Source: an uncultured Gemmatimonadales bacterium (GTDB lineage: Bacteria > Gemmatimonadota > Gemmatimonadetes > Longimicrobiales > Gaopeijiaceae). From it: a stretch of DNA of 64,000 nucleotides. A model generated the notes under the pieces. The model made no database searches. It saw only the letters and a list, made by a program, of their open reading frames with translations, and had not been told where the DNA came from. The DNA is taken from assembly GCA_963823035.1 (NCBI GenBank), contig CAWGKG010000018.1, positions 320,001-384,000 on the forward strand, given 5' to 3'. The position numbers and the translations under genes were made by a program. Shown here in pieces: positions 49,691 through 60,488 of the stretch; position 1 is the first letter of the stretch, and the number at the start of each line of letters is the position of its first letter.

Positions 49691-51320
49691 ATGAGCGGCA
49701 ACGTGAAGGTACCCCCGCCCATCAACGAGCCCGTCCTCTCCTACGCGCCCGGCACCGCCGAGCGCGCGGCGCTGAAGGAGCGGCTCGACGCGATGGCCTC
49801 CGAGACGATCGACATCCCTCTCCTGATCGGCGGCGAGGAGATCCGTACGGGTGACACCCTCGACGTCGTGATGCCCCACGACCACGGCCACGTGGTCGCC
49901 AAGGCCCACAAGGCCGGGCCCGCCGAGGTGAAGAAGGCGATCGCGGCTTCGATGGAGGCGCACCACGACTGGTCCACGATGCGTTGGGAGGATCGCGCGG
50001 CGATCTTCCTGAAGGCGGCGGACCTCCTCGCAGGCCCGTGGCGGCAGGCGATGAACGCGTCGACGATGCTCGGCCAGAGCAAGACGGCCCACCAAGCCGA
50101 GATCGACGCCGCCTGCGAGATGATCGACTTCCTGCGCTTCAACGTGCACTTCGCGGAGCGGATCTACAGCGAGCAGCCGCGGTCCGACGCCGGCATGTGG
50201 AACCGTACGGAGTATCGGTCGCTCGAGGGCTTCATCTACGCGATCACGCCCTTCAACTTCACGTCCATCGGCGGCAACCTCTCCTCCTCGCCGGCGATCA
50301 TGGGCAACACCGTCGTGTGGAAGCCCGCACGCACGGCGATGCTCTCCAACTGGTACATGGCGAAGGTGTTCGACGAGGCCGGCGTGCCGCCGGGCGTGAT
50401 CAACTTCATCACCGGGAACTCGGCGCAGATCACCGAGGCCGTGCTCGCCAACCGCGACTTCGGTGGGATCCACTTCACGGGCTCGACCGCGGTGTTCAAC
50501 TCGTTCTGGCGCGACATCGGCACGAACGTGGCAGACTACAAGAGCTATCCGCGCATCGTCGGTGAGACGGGTGGAAAGGACTTCGTCGTCGCGCACCCGA
50601 CGGCCGATCCGGCCGCCCTCGTCACCGCGATGGTGCGGGGCGCCTTCGAGTACCAGGGCCAGAAGTGCTGCGCGCTGTCGCGCGCCTACGTGCCCGCGAG
50701 CCTGTGGGAGGAGATCCGCGACACGCTGGTGGAGCAGACCGAGAGCGTCGCGATGGGCGATGTCACGGACTTCTCGAACTACATCGGCGCCGTGATCGAC
50801 AAGGCCGCCTTCGACAAGATCAAGGGCTACATCGATCGCGCGAGGGCAGAGCGCCGACGCCGAGGTGATCGCCGGCGGGGAGTGCGACGACTCGAAAGGG
50901 TGGTTCGTGCGCCCGACGCTGATCCTCGCGAAGGACCCGGCGTACGAGTCGATGTGCGACGAGATCTTCGGACCCGTGCTCACGATCCACGTCTACGACG
51001 ACAAGAAGTGGTCGGAGACGCTCCGGCGCGTCGACAGCACGTCGCCCTATGCGCTGACCGGCGCGGTGTTCGCGAAGGACCGGCGCGCCGTGCGCGAGGC
51101 GATGGACACCCTGCGCCACGCGGCCGGCAACTTCTACGTGAACGACAAGCCGACCGGCGCGGTGGTCGGGCAGCAGCCCTTCGGCGGCGCGCGGGCTTCC
51201 GGGACGAACGACAAGGCGGGCTCGGCGCTGAACCTGATGCGCTGGGTGAGCGCCCGCTCCATCAAGGAGACGTTCGTTCCGGCGGTGGACTACCGCTACC
51301 CGTTCATGGGCGGGAAGTAG
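49691..51320 (+). CDS. pruA: L-glutamate gamma-semialdehyde (P5C) dehydrogenase (frameshift near 50846)
   Basis: NEPVLSYAPG, QAEIDAACEMIDF, PFNFT, GETGGKDF, FEYQGQKC; after the shift EIFGPVL and QQPFGGARASGTNDKAG. Confidence 0.93.
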
Positions 51321-51323
51321 CGC

Positions 51324-52490
51324 TCAGCAAGCGGCGAGGGCGCGGGCGAAGTCGTCCCGCAGGTCCTCCACGTTCTCGACGCCGACGCTGATCCGCACGA
51401 ACCCGTCGTCGATACCCTGGGCCTCACGCTCTTCGGGCGTGAGGCCCACGTGCGACGTGTGGCGGGGTTGCGAGACGAGCGTCTCGACACCGCCCAGGCT
51501 GGGCGCGGCGAGCGCGAGCTCCATCGCCGACATGAAGCGGTCCGCCGCCGCCCCGCCCCCCTCGAGCACGATGCCGAGCATCCCACCGAAGCCACTCATG
51601 AGCTCGCGAGCCACAGCGTGGTCCGGGTGGCTGGAGAGGCCGGGGTGGATCGTGCGCCGGACGCCCCGCTGTTCCTCGAACCAGCGGGCGAGCTCGAGCG
51701 CGTTCTCGTTGTGCCGATGGACGCGCAACTCCAGCGTGCGCAGGCCCCGGTCCAGCAGCCACGCGGCGTGCGCGTCCATCGCGGGGCCGTAGAGCCGCGA
51801 GACCCGCACCACCGCGTCCATCAGGTCGGCCGGGCCCGCGGCGACGCCCGCGATGAGATCCGAGTGCCCGCCGAGGTACTTCGTGGCGCTGTGGATGACC
51901 ACGTCCACGCCGAGCGCGGCGGGCTGCAGGTTCACCGGAGACGCGAAGGTCGCGTCCATGACCACCCGCACGCCACGTGCGTGCGCGAGCGCCACCAGCG
52001 GGCGGGGGTCGACGACGCGCAGCGTCGGGTTCGTCGGCGTCTCCAGCATCAGGACGCGCGTTTCGGGTCGGAACGCCTCCTCCCACCCCCCTCCGTGGGG
52101 GTCGACGAACGTGGTGGTCACGCCGCGGCGCGGCAGCTCGTCCTTGAGCAGCGCCTGCGTCGCGCCGTAGAGGAGCGAGGAGGCCACGACGTGGTCGCCC
52201 ACCTCCGTGAGCGCCAGCAGCGCCATGGCCGTGGCGCCCATGCCACTGGCGAGCGGAACCGCCGCCTCCGTGCCCTCCAGCGCCGCCAGCTTGCGCCCGA
52301 GGTGGACCTGGTTCGGGTTGTTGCCGTACCGGCTGTAGCGCAGCTCGCCGTCCCCGGGGCCGCCCCAGAAGAACGTCGCGCTCTGCACGATGGGCGGCAC
52401 CACGGGATCGCCCGGCGCCCGCGAGCTCTCGCCGCCGTGGATGCCGAGGGTGGACGCGCCGGGACGGCGGGAGGCTGCTGGGTCGGGCAT
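51324..52490 (-). CDS. Cys/Met metabolism PLP-dependent enzyme (methionine/cystathionine gamma-lyase-like)
   Basis: YSRYGNNP, ETPTNP, DATFASP, HSATKYLGGHSD, SLGGVETL. Confidence 0.88.
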   Translation of the reverse strand: MPDPAASRRPGASTLGIHGGESSRAPGDPVVPPIVQSATFFWGGPGDGELRYSRYGNNPNQVHLGRKLAALEGTEAAVPLASGMGATAMALLALTEVGDHVVASSLLYGATQALLKDELPRRGVTTTFVDPHGGGWEEAFRPETRVLMLETPTNPTLRVVDPRPLVALAHARGVRVVMDATFASPVNLQPAALGVDVVIHSATKYLGGHSDLIAGVAAGPADLMDAVVRVSRLYGPAMDAHAAWLLDRGLRTLELRVHRHNENALELARWFEEQRGVRRTIHPGLSSHPDHAVARELMSGFGGMLGIVLEGGGAAADRFMSAMELALAAPSLGGVETLVSQPRHTSHVGLTPEEREAQGIDDGFVRISVGVENVEDLRDDFARALAAC

Positions 52491-52585
52491 GTCGACGCAC
52501 CGGGTGGAGTGGGATACGGCCGCGCGGCGCGCAAGGTAGTCGACGGCGCCTCCGGGGCGCGAGAGCGCGCGCGCCGCCGCGGACG

Positions 52586-53167
52586 CTACATCAGGTGCGC
52601 GACCAACCGGCTGAGCGCGTGCACGCGCCCGGTGATCGGGCTCCTGAACACCAGCCTGCGCTCAACGAGCGTCTCGAGGGCCGCCCGCTCCGACGGGTCG
52701 GTGAGGACGTCGTCCATCTCCTCGCGGGCGACCAGCCCCCTTCCCTCCACCACCTTCCAGGCGGCCGCCTCCTCCGGGGAGCGCGCACCCAGCAGCTCGA
52801 ACGTACCCGCGCCGGTCTCGGCGACCGCCGCGAGCGCCTGGCGCTCGAGCACGACCTCGATCTGGTCCCGGTGCGGCTCGTGCACGCCACGGAAGACGAA
52901 ATACGCCTCGGCGTGACCCTCCGACCCCGAGTGCCCCACCAGCTTCGCGACGACCTCGTCGGCGCAGGAGAAGTCCAGCACCGTGACCTCCGAGAGGTCG
53001 ATCAGCGACAGCGAGCGCTCCCCCATGCCCGCGAGCTGCGTCTCGATCGCCATGCGCACGGCCCGACCCGTCTGCCGCGTCACCAGGTGCGCGTAGAGGG
53101 AGGTGACGGTGCGCTGCAGCAGATCGCCGACGTCGATCGCGACGGGGTCCAGCGGGAGGTCGGTCAT
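52586..53167 (-). CDS. STAS-like (DUF4325-type) protein with probable C-terminal winged helix
   Basis: LVTRQTGRAVR...LIDLSEVTVLDFSCADEVVAKL; C-terminal AALETLVERRLV + beta hairpin. ATGA overlap with the upstream gene. Confidence 0.65.
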   Translation of the reverse strand: MTDLPLDPVAIDVGDLLQRTVTSLYAHLVTRQTGRAVRMAIETQLAGMGERSLSLIDLSEVTVLDFSCADEVVAKLVGHSGSEGHAEAYFVFRGVHEPHRDQIEVVLERQALAAVAETGAGTFELLGARSPEEAAAWKVVEGRGLVAREEMDDVLTDPSERAALETLVERRLVFRSPITGRVHALSRLVAHLM

Positions 53168-54060
53168 CGCGGGGCCTCTCCCTCCCTGGCGGGGAGGACG
53201 ATGCCGATCTGCGTGCCCGGGAAGGGTGTGAGCCCCTCCACCAGGGGCGGGGCGTCGTCCCAATCGGGATACTGACCGATGCGCGCCGATCCGCTCCGGA
53301 TCGTCATCGAGCCGTTCCATCGCTGGACCTGCCGGCGGATCTGCTGGATGCCCTGCCCCCGACCCGAGTCCGGGAAGCGCGTGAGGCCGTGCAGGAAGGC
53401 CGCCTCGAGCGCCGTCGAGTCGCTCCACCGGTCGCCGTAGCGGGCGGCGTGCTCGTCGGTCAGCGAGCCACGGAAGCCCCGCCCGCGGTCCATCACGGAG
53501 ATCACGACGACCCAGCGGCCCAGGCGGCGCGACCAGTTGTAGGCCTGGGCGGCCACCCAGCCGGGACCGTCGGCGTGCTCGATGACGTTCTGGCAGACCT
53601 CCGAGAGGATGACGCTGAACTGTACGACGGCCGTGGCCGGATAGCCGAGCTTCGCCGCGAGGATGGCGCCCGCGCGGCTCTGGACGCGGTCCACGACCGA
53701 GTGGACGTCGGCGTTGGCCCGGATGGGTGTGATCTCGAGAAGCACGTCGGAGGGGCCCGATCCCCGTTTCGGCGCCTTGTCCTCGAACTCGAGGACGCCC
53801 TGCGCCTCCTGGAAGAAGCCCATCCGGCTCAGGTAGCCGAGCACGTCCGGGCTCTCCGGAAGCTCGAGGCGCGGGAGCGCGCCCTGGCGCTCGCCCGCCA
53901 CGGCGCCGGCGAGGAGGAGCGCGAGCATCCCGTTGGGGTCCACCCAGCGCACGTGGCGGGCGTCGAGGAGACAGCGCCGCCCGTCCGGGGCGGCCACGCG
54001 GTCGAGGAAATCGTCCACGCTCTGCTGGTCCATGGAGCCCGGCACCGAGATGACCTGCAC
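53164..54060 (-). CDS. STAS-like domain fused to a GHKL (HATPase) kinase domain
   Basis: RBS AGGAG then GTG 54060; LLDARHVRWVDPNG (STAS-like), YLSRMGFF; N box SEVCQNVIEHA, G1 DRGRG, G2 GRGQGI, terminal FPGTQI. Confidence 0.78.
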   Translation of the reverse strand: MQVISVPGSMDQQSVDDFLDRVAAPDGRRCLLDARHVRWVDPNGMLALLLAGAVAGERQGALPRLELPESPDVLGYLSRMGFFQEAQGVLEFEDKAPKRGSGPSDVLLEITPIRANADVHSVVDRVQSRAGAILAAKLGYPATAVVQFSVILSEVCQNVIEHADGPGWVAAQAYNWSRRLGRWVVVISVMDRGRGFRGSLTDEHAARYGDRWSDSTALEAAFLHGLTRFPDSGRGQGIQQIRRQVQRWNGSMTIRSGSARIGQYPDWDDAPPLVEGLTPFPGTQIGIVLPAREGEAPR

Positions 54061-54083
54061 GATCCAACTCCTGGAGGGGGTAG

Positions 54084-55067
54084 CTACTCTTCCACGCGGG
54101 ACAGACGGCCGCCGAGATGGCGAAAGAGCCCCCGCGCGCCGCGGTGGCTGACGTTGCGGGTCGCCAGCCGGTTGGCCTCTTTCATGGCCGCCTCGAGCGC
54201 GTCCCCGGCGAGGAGGCGCGCGAAGAAGGTAGCACCCCACACGTCCCCGCACCCGGTGGGATCCCCCTCGAGCGCGAGGCCGTCGAGTGGCACGCGCGCG
54301 GAACGTGCCGAGCCGGTGATCGTGAGGGGCGCCCGTACGCGCCACTCGTCGGGGTCCGGCGTGAAGTCCGCGGCCGCCACGTAGGCCGCGCCCCGGGGGC
54401 CGAGCGTCACCGTCAGGAGCTTCAGCTCGGGACCGAGGGCGTCTGCCGCGAGCCGCCACGGGTCTCCCGACGACCCGCCGAGGAGGGTGAACTCGTCCTC
54501 GTTCATCTGCGCTCCGTCGAAGCAGGTGAGCCAGTCCGCCCAGGCCTGCAGCGCGCGCGGAACGCGCACGCCCGACGGGTTGATGCCGAGGAAGAGGGAA
54601 TGCAGGTCGGCGTAGATCGGACCCCCGTATCCGGCCCGGAGAGCGCGCGCGGCGGGCAGCCCCATCTCGTATCCGGAGATGAAGTTCACATAGAGCGCGT
54701 CGCACAGGTCCGTCACGGGTGCGAGCTCCGGCCAGCTCCAGGGAGGCACGCCGCCGCTCAGGCGCTCGGTGCGCCGGTCGGTGCTCGTGTAGCGGAGCTC
54801 GACGCGATTGTTGGCCTCGGGAACCACGACGACGGCCGAGGGGTCCACGCGGGGGATCTCACGCAGGAAACGGAACGCCCCCTCGGCGAGGTCCCTGCCG
54901 ACCTTGATGATGGGCAGGACGGTCCACGTCTCGGGAAGCGCCGCGCCCAGGGCCGAGAGGGCGTACGCGATGCCGCCCCACTCCTCGACCGGCCCGGCGC
55001 GGCCGTCCCGATCGAGAATGCGATCCCAAACGAGCGTGCCCACCACGCCCAGCGTGCGACGGGCCAC
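54084..55067 (-). CDS. PfkB/ribokinase-like carbohydrate kinase
   Basis: GTLVWD, WGGIAY, QMNEDE, VTLGPRG, DPTGCGDVWGA. Confidence 0.82.
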   Translation of the reverse strand: MARRTLGVVGTLVWDRILDRDGRAGPVEEWGGIAYALSALGAALPETWTVLPIIKVGRDLAEGAFRFLREIPRVDPSAVVVVPEANNRVELRYTSTDRRTERLSGGVPPWSWPELAPVTDLCDALYVNFISGYEMGLPAARALRAGYGGPIYADLHSLFLGINPSGVRVPRALQAWADWLTCFDGAQMNEDEFTLLGGSSGDPWRLAADALGPELKLLTVTLGPRGAAYVAAADFTPDPDEWRVRAPLTITGSARSARVPLDGLALEGDPTGCGDVWGATFFARLLAGDALEAAMKEANRLATRNVSHRGARGLFRHLGGRLSRVEE

Positions 55068-55073
55068 CGGCCG

Positions 55074-56066
55074 CTACTCCTCCCCGTCGCTCCGGCCGCA
55101 GAGGAAGAGCCCCGCGGCACCGATCACGCCGGCGGTCTCCGGAAGCTCACCGGGCACGATCCGGCAGACACGCTCCGCGCTCTTGAACGCGCGACGGCGG
55201 ACCTCGGAGCGAAGGGGAGTGAAGAGGTAGTCGCCGGCACGGGTCACCCCCCCGACGATGACGACCGCCTCGGGATTCAGGATGTTCACGATGTTCGCGA
55301 TGCCGGCGCCCAGGAGCTTGGCGGTCTCGACCATCACCTCGCCGGCGTACACGTCGCCCTGGAGGATGGCCTCGTACACGGTGACCGCGGTGATGCGCTC
55401 GAGGTCACCGTCCACCAGACCGACGAGCAGGGTCTCGGCGCCCGCCTCGATTCCCTCGCGCGCCCGGGCGGCGATGTTCGGCCCGGAGGCGTAGGCCTCC
55501 AGGCAGCCGTAGTTGCCGCATTTGCAGCGTCGGCCCGTGAAGTCGATCGTCATGTGGCCGAGCTCCCCCGCGGACGCCGAGGCGCCGTGCACGAGCCTGC
55601 CGTCGAGGATCAAGCCGCCCCCGATTCCCGTGCCGAGCGTGACGCCGACCAGGTTGCGGACGCCCCTCCCGGCACCCTGCCAATACTCGCCCCAGGTGGC
55701 GCAGTTCGCGTCGTTGTCCAGCGAGGTGGGTAGCCCGACCGCCTCCGCGACCCGGTCTCGGATCGGGAAGTCCCTCCATCCCAGGTTGAAGGCATCCAGC
55801 ACCACGCCGGCCTTCAGATCCAGGGGGCCCGGACTGCCGATCCCGACCCCGATCACGTCCTCCCGGGCGCCCACCACCTCCGCGAGCCCTTCGGTGATCA
55901 CCTCCTCGATGATGCGGGCCAGATGCCCCACCACCTCCTCCGGCGCCCCCAGCGAAGAGGTGCTCCGGACGCGCAGCGATCGGGCCGGGCCGCCTTCCAT
56001 GGGAACGAGCCCCACGACGACGTAGGTGCCTCCGATGTCGACACCCACCACCCATCGTCCGCTCAT
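55074..56066 (-). CDS. ROK-family sugar kinase (glucokinase-like)
   Basis: GVDIGGT, GSPGP, NDANCA, LGTGIGGG, GELGH, CKCGNYGCLE; no HTH. Confidence 0.92.
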   Translation of the reverse strand: MSGRWVVGVDIGGTYVVVGLVPMEGGPARSLRVRSTSSLGAPEEVVGHLARIIEEVITEGLAEVVGAREDVIGVGIGSPGPLDLKAGVVLDAFNLGWRDFPIRDRVAEAVGLPTSLDNDANCATWGEYWQGAGRGVRNLVGVTLGTGIGGGLILDGRLVHGASASAGELGHMTIDFTGRRCKCGNYGCLEAYASGPNIAARAREGIEAGAETLLVGLVDGDLERITAVTVYEAILQGDVYAGEVMVETAKLLGAGIANIVNILNPEAVVIVGGVTRAGDYLFTPLRSEVRRRAFKSAERVCRIVPGELPETAGVIGAAGLFLCGRSDGEE

Positions 56067-57083
56067 GCGGGCGTGTCCTCCAGGATTCCGCGCGCGGCCG
56101 AGAGGACCTCCGCCTCGGTGATGAGTCGCATGCATTCCTCGTGGGCTTCGGGAAGGAGCGTGCCCGGTCCCATGCGCGGGCACTCGTTCTTGAAACAGGG
56201 CTTGCAGGGCAACGGGGCGCCCGTCACACGCACGTCGCGTCCTCCCACCGGGCACACCTCCGCCGGATCCGACGGACCCCAGAGCGTAACGGTCGGCGTA
56301 CCGACCGCGCCCGCGAGGTGCATCGGACCGGTGTCGTTCGTCACCACCAATTGGCACACCGAAAGCAGCGCCGCCAGTCCCGGCAGGTCGGTGGCACCTC
56401 CGGCATCGACGGCCGCGGGCGCCGCCTCGCACACCCGACGGGTGACGTCCCGCTCCGCGGGCGCTCCCATCACCACCACGCGGAGCCCGTCCCCGGTGAG
56501 GCTGCGGGCCACGGCGCCGAAGCGCTCCGCCGGCCACCTGCGCGCCGGCGCATTGGAGCCCGGGAAGAGCCCAACCACCCCGCCTTCCCCGCCGAGGCGC
56601 GCGCGCCACTCCTCCACCCGCTCGGTGGGTGGTTGGAGGGGATGGTGGCGGGCGGGCGTGTCCGGGTCCTGCCCCATCAGGAGCTTGTACTGGTTGATGC
56701 GGTGCCGGCCCTTCAGGGTGGCGCGCGCGATGGCATCGGTGAGCATCCACGTGCGGGCGTCGCCCACCGTGCCGCGTAGCCGGCGCACACCGCCCCAGCG
56801 GAACATCCACGCCGCGCTGAACGAGGGGGTGAGGAGCGTGCCGCGGCCGTACCCCGCGCGCCGCAGCCTCACCACCGCGTCCCGCCACCCGTCGATCCCC
56901 CGGTCGAAGGGGAAGACGCGGCCGGGCAGGTCGGCCAGGTCGAGGAGGGGCGCGAGCCAGCGGCGCACCCACACGTCCGACCCATCCGCCGACGAGCGCC
57001 GGGAGCGCCATGATCACGTCGCCGAGGTGGTTCGGAGCACGAATCACGTGCCTGCGCTCCGACGCCCCCCCGTCCCGGGTCAC
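56063..57083 (-). CDS. Glycosyltransferase family 9 (WaaF-like LPS heptosyltransferase; frameshift near 56990)
   Basis: [51 protein letters not shown]. Confidence 0.87.
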
Positions 57084-58882
57084 TCGTCGCCGAGGTTCAG
57101 GACGGCGAGGAAGGCCTCCTGGGGGATCTCCACGGACCCCACCTGCTTCATGCGCCGCTTCCCTTCCTTCTGCTTCTCCAGGAGCTTGCGCTTACGCGTG
57201 ATGTCGCCGCCGTAGCACTTGGCCGTCACGTTCTTGCGCAGCGCCTTCACGTTCGTGCGCGCGACGACGTTGTTGCCGATCGCGGCCTGTAGGGCCACCT
57301 CGTACTGCTGTCGGGGAATCAGCTCCTTCAGCTTGCGCACCAGGTCGCGCCCGTAGTCGAAGGCCTTGTCCTCGTGGATGATCACGCTGAACGCGTCCAC
57401 CGGGTCGCCGTTCACGAGGATGTCGAGCTTGATGAGGGCGTCCGGGCGGTACTCGAGGAAATCGTAGTCCAGCGCAGCGTATCCGCGCGTCCCGCTCTTC
57501 AGCCGATCATAGAAGTCGAGCACGATCTCGGAGAGCGGCAACTCGAAGTTGATCTCGACCCGCTGCGGGTCGAGATAGCTCATCCCCTTGAACACGCCGC
57601 GCCGCTCGTGGCAGAGCTTCTGCACGTTGCCGATGTACTCGGCCGGACAGACGATGTGCGCCCTCACGATCGGCTCGCTTACGCTGTCGATGCGGCCGGC
57701 GTCGGGGAGCGCAGTGGGGCTCTCGACCCGCAGATCCTCCCCGTTCGTGAGGTGCACGTGGTACTCCACGTTGGGCACCGTGGTGATGAGGTCCACGCCG
57801 AACTCGCGCTCGAGCCGCTCCTGCACGATCTCCATGTGCAGGAGCCCCAGGAAGCCGCAGCGGAACCCGAAGCCGAGCGCCACGGACGTCTCCGGCTCGT
57901 AGTGGAGGCTGGCGTCGTTGAGGCGGAGCTTCTCCAGCGCGTCGCGCAGGTCCTCGTAGTCGTCCGAGGAGGTCGGGTAGAGCCCGGCGAACACCATCGG
58001 ACGGGCCTCCTTGTAGCCGGGAAGGAGGTTGGTCGCGCGCCGCTCCGCGTCGAGGACGGTGTCGCCCACGCGGGTGTCGGACACCTCTTTGATCGCCGCG
58101 ACCACGTAGCCCACCTCGCCGGGCGTGAGCGCGTCCTGGCGCTGGCGACCGAGGCGGAGGTAGCCGACCTCGGTGACCTCGTACCTGCGGTCGACGTTGC
58201 CGAAGGTGATCTCCATGCCGGCTCGGATCTCACCGTCCACGACGCGCACCGACGGGACGGCGCCCAGGTACTTGTCGTAGTAGGAGTCGAAGATGAGCGC
58301 CCTCAGCGGGGCGTCCGCGTCTCCCTCCGGCGCGGGCACCCGCTGCACGATGGCTTCGAGGATCGGTTCGATGCCGATGCCCTCCTTCGCGCTCGCGAGC
58401 AGGACCGAGTCCGGATCCACGCCCAGGAGGTCGGCCAGCTCCTCGCGGCGGCGCTCGGGCTCCGCACCGGGGAGGTCGATCTTGTTCAGGACCGGGACGA
58501 CCTCCAGCCCGGCGTCCAGCGCCAGGAAGAGGTTGGAGAGCGTCTGCGCCTGCACCCCCTGTGTGGCGTCCACCACCAGGAGCGCTCCTTCACACGCGGC
58601 CAGCGAACGCGACACTTCGTACGTGAAGTCCACGTGCCCGGGGGTGTCGATCAGGTTGAGCTCGTAGTCGTCCCCGTCGGACGAGCGGTAGCCCATGCGC
58701 ACGGCATGCAGCTTGATGGTGATGCCGCGCTCGCGCTCGAGTTCGTTGTCGTCCAGCACCTGCGAGCGCATCTGCCGCTTGTCGAGCGTGGCGGTACGCT
58801 CGAGCAGCCGATCGGCCAACGTCGACTTGCCGTGGTCGATGTGGGCGACGATGCAGAAGTTGCGGATGTGGTCGAGGCGCAC
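57080..58882 (-). CDS. lepA: Translation elongation factor 4
   Basis: [53 protein letters not shown]. Confidence 0.98.
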   Translation of the reverse strand: MRLDHIRNFCIVAHIDHGKSTLADRLLERTATLDKRQMRSQVLDDNELERERGITIKLHAVRMGYRSSDGDDYELNLIDTPGHVDFTYEVSRSLAACEGALLVVDATQGVQAQTLSNLFLALDAGLEVVPVLNKIDLPGAEPERRREELADLLGVDPDSVLLASAKEGIGIEPILEAIVQRVPAPEGDADAPLRALIFDSYYDKYLGAVPSVRVVDGEIRAGMEITFGNVDRRYEVTEVGYLRLGRQRQDALTPGEVGYVVAAIKEVSDTRVGDTVLDAERRATNLLPGYKEARPMVFAGLYPTSSDDYEDLRDALEKLRLNDASLHYEPETSVALGFGFRCGFLGLLHMEIVQERLEREFGVDLITTVPNVEYHVHLTNGEDLRVESPTALPDAGRIDSVSEPIVRAHIVCPAEYIGNVQKLCHERRGVFKGMSYLDPQRVEINFELPLSEIVLDFYDRLKSGTRGYAALDYDFLEYRPDALIKLDILVNGDPVDAFSVIIHEDKAFDYGRDLVRKLKELIPRQQYEVALQAAIGNNVVARTNVKALRKNVTAKCYGGDITRKRKLLEKQKEGKRRMKQVGSVEIPQEAFLAVLNLGDE

Positions 58883-58988
58883 GTCGTGCCGGGGCGTTTC
58901 GGCCGGGTTCGGGTCCGCGTTCCGACCCGCGCGGTCGGCGCGTCGGGCGGATAGACCATGAAAGTTAACAGGTCACGGACCCTTCCCG

Positions 58989-60452
58989 TCAGTTGCCTCC
59001 GCCCGGCTTGCGTGGCTTCGGCGCGGAGGTCCGCCCGCCGCCCGGCTTGGCCGGTGGCTTGGCCGACGGACGCGAGGGCCGGGCCTGCGGCCGGCTCGAG
59101 CGCGTCGGCGCGGGGCGGGCGCTCGGGCGCGTCGGCGTCGGCCGCGACGTGGACGGCCGCGACGTGGACGGGCGCGCCGTGGACGGACGCGACGCGGCGC
59201 CGCCCGTCGGTGGACGCACCACGCGTGAGCCACCCCCGCTCCGGGACGGCGGAGACTGCGTGGTCGGACGGCGCTGGAGCGTGGGCCGCTCCTGCGTCCG
59301 GGGCACGCTCGGCCGCGCGTCCGTTCGCCCTGGCAGGGGGACGGCCCGTCGGGACGTCGGATCCGGCCGGGTGGGCGTCACGCCGCGCGTCGGCGGCGTG
59401 GACCGGGTGGTGGGGTTCCCGCGTGTCGGCGTGGACGGCTCCACCGTGCCCCGCCTGGGGAGCACGCCCGGGGTGTTGCCGCCGCGGGGCTCCGCGGTCC
59501 TCGTCGTCGACGAAGGTCGCGCCGTCCCGGAGGAGCCCCGGTTGTCCCGGAGAGCGTCGCTCGGCACGACCCGGCGCCGCGGAGGCACGAACTCGGGCAT
59601 CGCGGGAGCGGCCACGGCAGGCTCACGGTAGCCGACCGAGCCACCCAGCGGAGGCTGCCGCGTACGCACGACCGGGCTCCACGCCTCGCCCGACGCGCGC
59701 TCCTTGAACTCGAAGCGCGCGATGCCGCGCGGGGGCTGCGCGAACACGACGCGCGTGCCCCGATACCGGTAGGCCGGATAGAAGTACGGATCGTCCCAGA
59801 TCACCACCCGGAAGCTGGAGCAGGCGTAGGTGTACGGATTCCACGATGCGTAGCTCTGGAAGCCGTGGCAGTCGTAGCAGAGAAAGCGCGGGTACTCGTG
59901 GGGCTCGCCCACGTCGTAGGAGATGAAGTCCAGCGCGTACGGGGCGGTCTCCCAGTCGGGAAGGAGGCGGGCCACGTACTCGTCGATGGCGACGTACGGG
60001 TCCTGGTAGACGGAACGCCCCACGTTCGTGAGATCCCACCCGCGGTCGGAGCGCGCGTAGTCGAAGGCGCTGAAGTCGAAGGGCTCCGGCGAGGCGATCA
60101 GGAAGAAGTAGCCCTTCCCCGGATACTCGTCGACAAACCAGTACGGAGACTGAGGGAAGAGGAGCCGGTAGTCACGACCGCCGCGCGCAAAGTACTCGTC
60201 GTCGGGGGCACGGGGATGCAACAGCTGGACGGAGCCGTCCGTGTCGATGTGCACGATCGCGGTGTACGCACTCTCCGACGTCCGGTAGTAGACCCGGATG
60301 CGGTCGCCCCGTTGCAGCAGGGGCTCCTCGCCCCGGTCGAGCCAGACCCGGGCCTGCAACGCGTCCGTGTCGGCGACGTCCTGTGCCGACAGCCCCCCCG
60401 AGGATGCGAGGAGCAGGGCCAGCACGCCGATCGACCGTCGAATCTCCATCAT
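58989..60452 (-). CDS. Secreted DUF4384-domain protein with CxxCH motif and long R/P/S/T-rich tail
   Basis: Signal peptide; VWLDRG...GDRIRVYYRTSESAY...DTDGSVQLLHP (DUF4384-like); PRFLCYDCH; low-complexity C-terminus. Confidence 0.75.
   Translation of the reverse strand: MMEIRRSIGVLALLLASSGGLSAQDVADTDALQARVWLDRGEEPLLQRGDRIRVYYRTSESAYTAIVHIDTDGSVQLLHPRAPDDEYFARGGRDYRLLFPQSPYWFVDEYPGKGYFFLIASPEPFDFSAFDYARSDRGWDLTNVGRSVYQDPYVAIDEYVARLLPDWETAPYALDFISYDVGEPHEYPRFLCYDCHGFQSYASWNPYTYACSSFRVVIWDDPYFYPAYRYRGTRVVFAQPPRGIARFEFKERASGEAWSPVVRTRQPPLGGSVGYREPAVAAPAMPEFVPPRRRVVPSDALRDNRGSSGTARPSSTTRTAEPRGGNTPGVLPRRGTVEPSTPTRGNPTTRSTPPTRGVTPTRPDPTSRRAVPLPGRTDARPSVPRTQERPTLQRRPTTQSPPSRSGGGSRVVRPPTGGAASRPSTARPSTSRPSTSRPTPTRPSARPAPTRSSRPQARPSRPSAKPPAKPGGGRTSAPKPRKPGGGN
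59139..59194. repeat. 15-bp coding tandem repeat (about 3.7 copies; SRPST peptide repeat)
   Basis: CGGCCGCGACGTGGA twice, then CGGGCGCGCCGTGGA and a partial CGGACGCGACG. Confidence 0.8.
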
Positions 60453-60488
60453 GACTCCGTTACGCGCATGAATCCTCTCCAGGCATGG

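Noticed and set aside
2827..57083. Widespread pseudogenisation or programmed frameshifting
   Set aside because: The affected genes include core ones, I saw no in-frame stops or decay, and there is no shared slippery heptamer. A consensus artefact explains the pattern better.
59139..59194. CRISPR-like repeat
   Set aside because: Contiguous 15-bp coding repeats without spacers, and no cas genes in the window.
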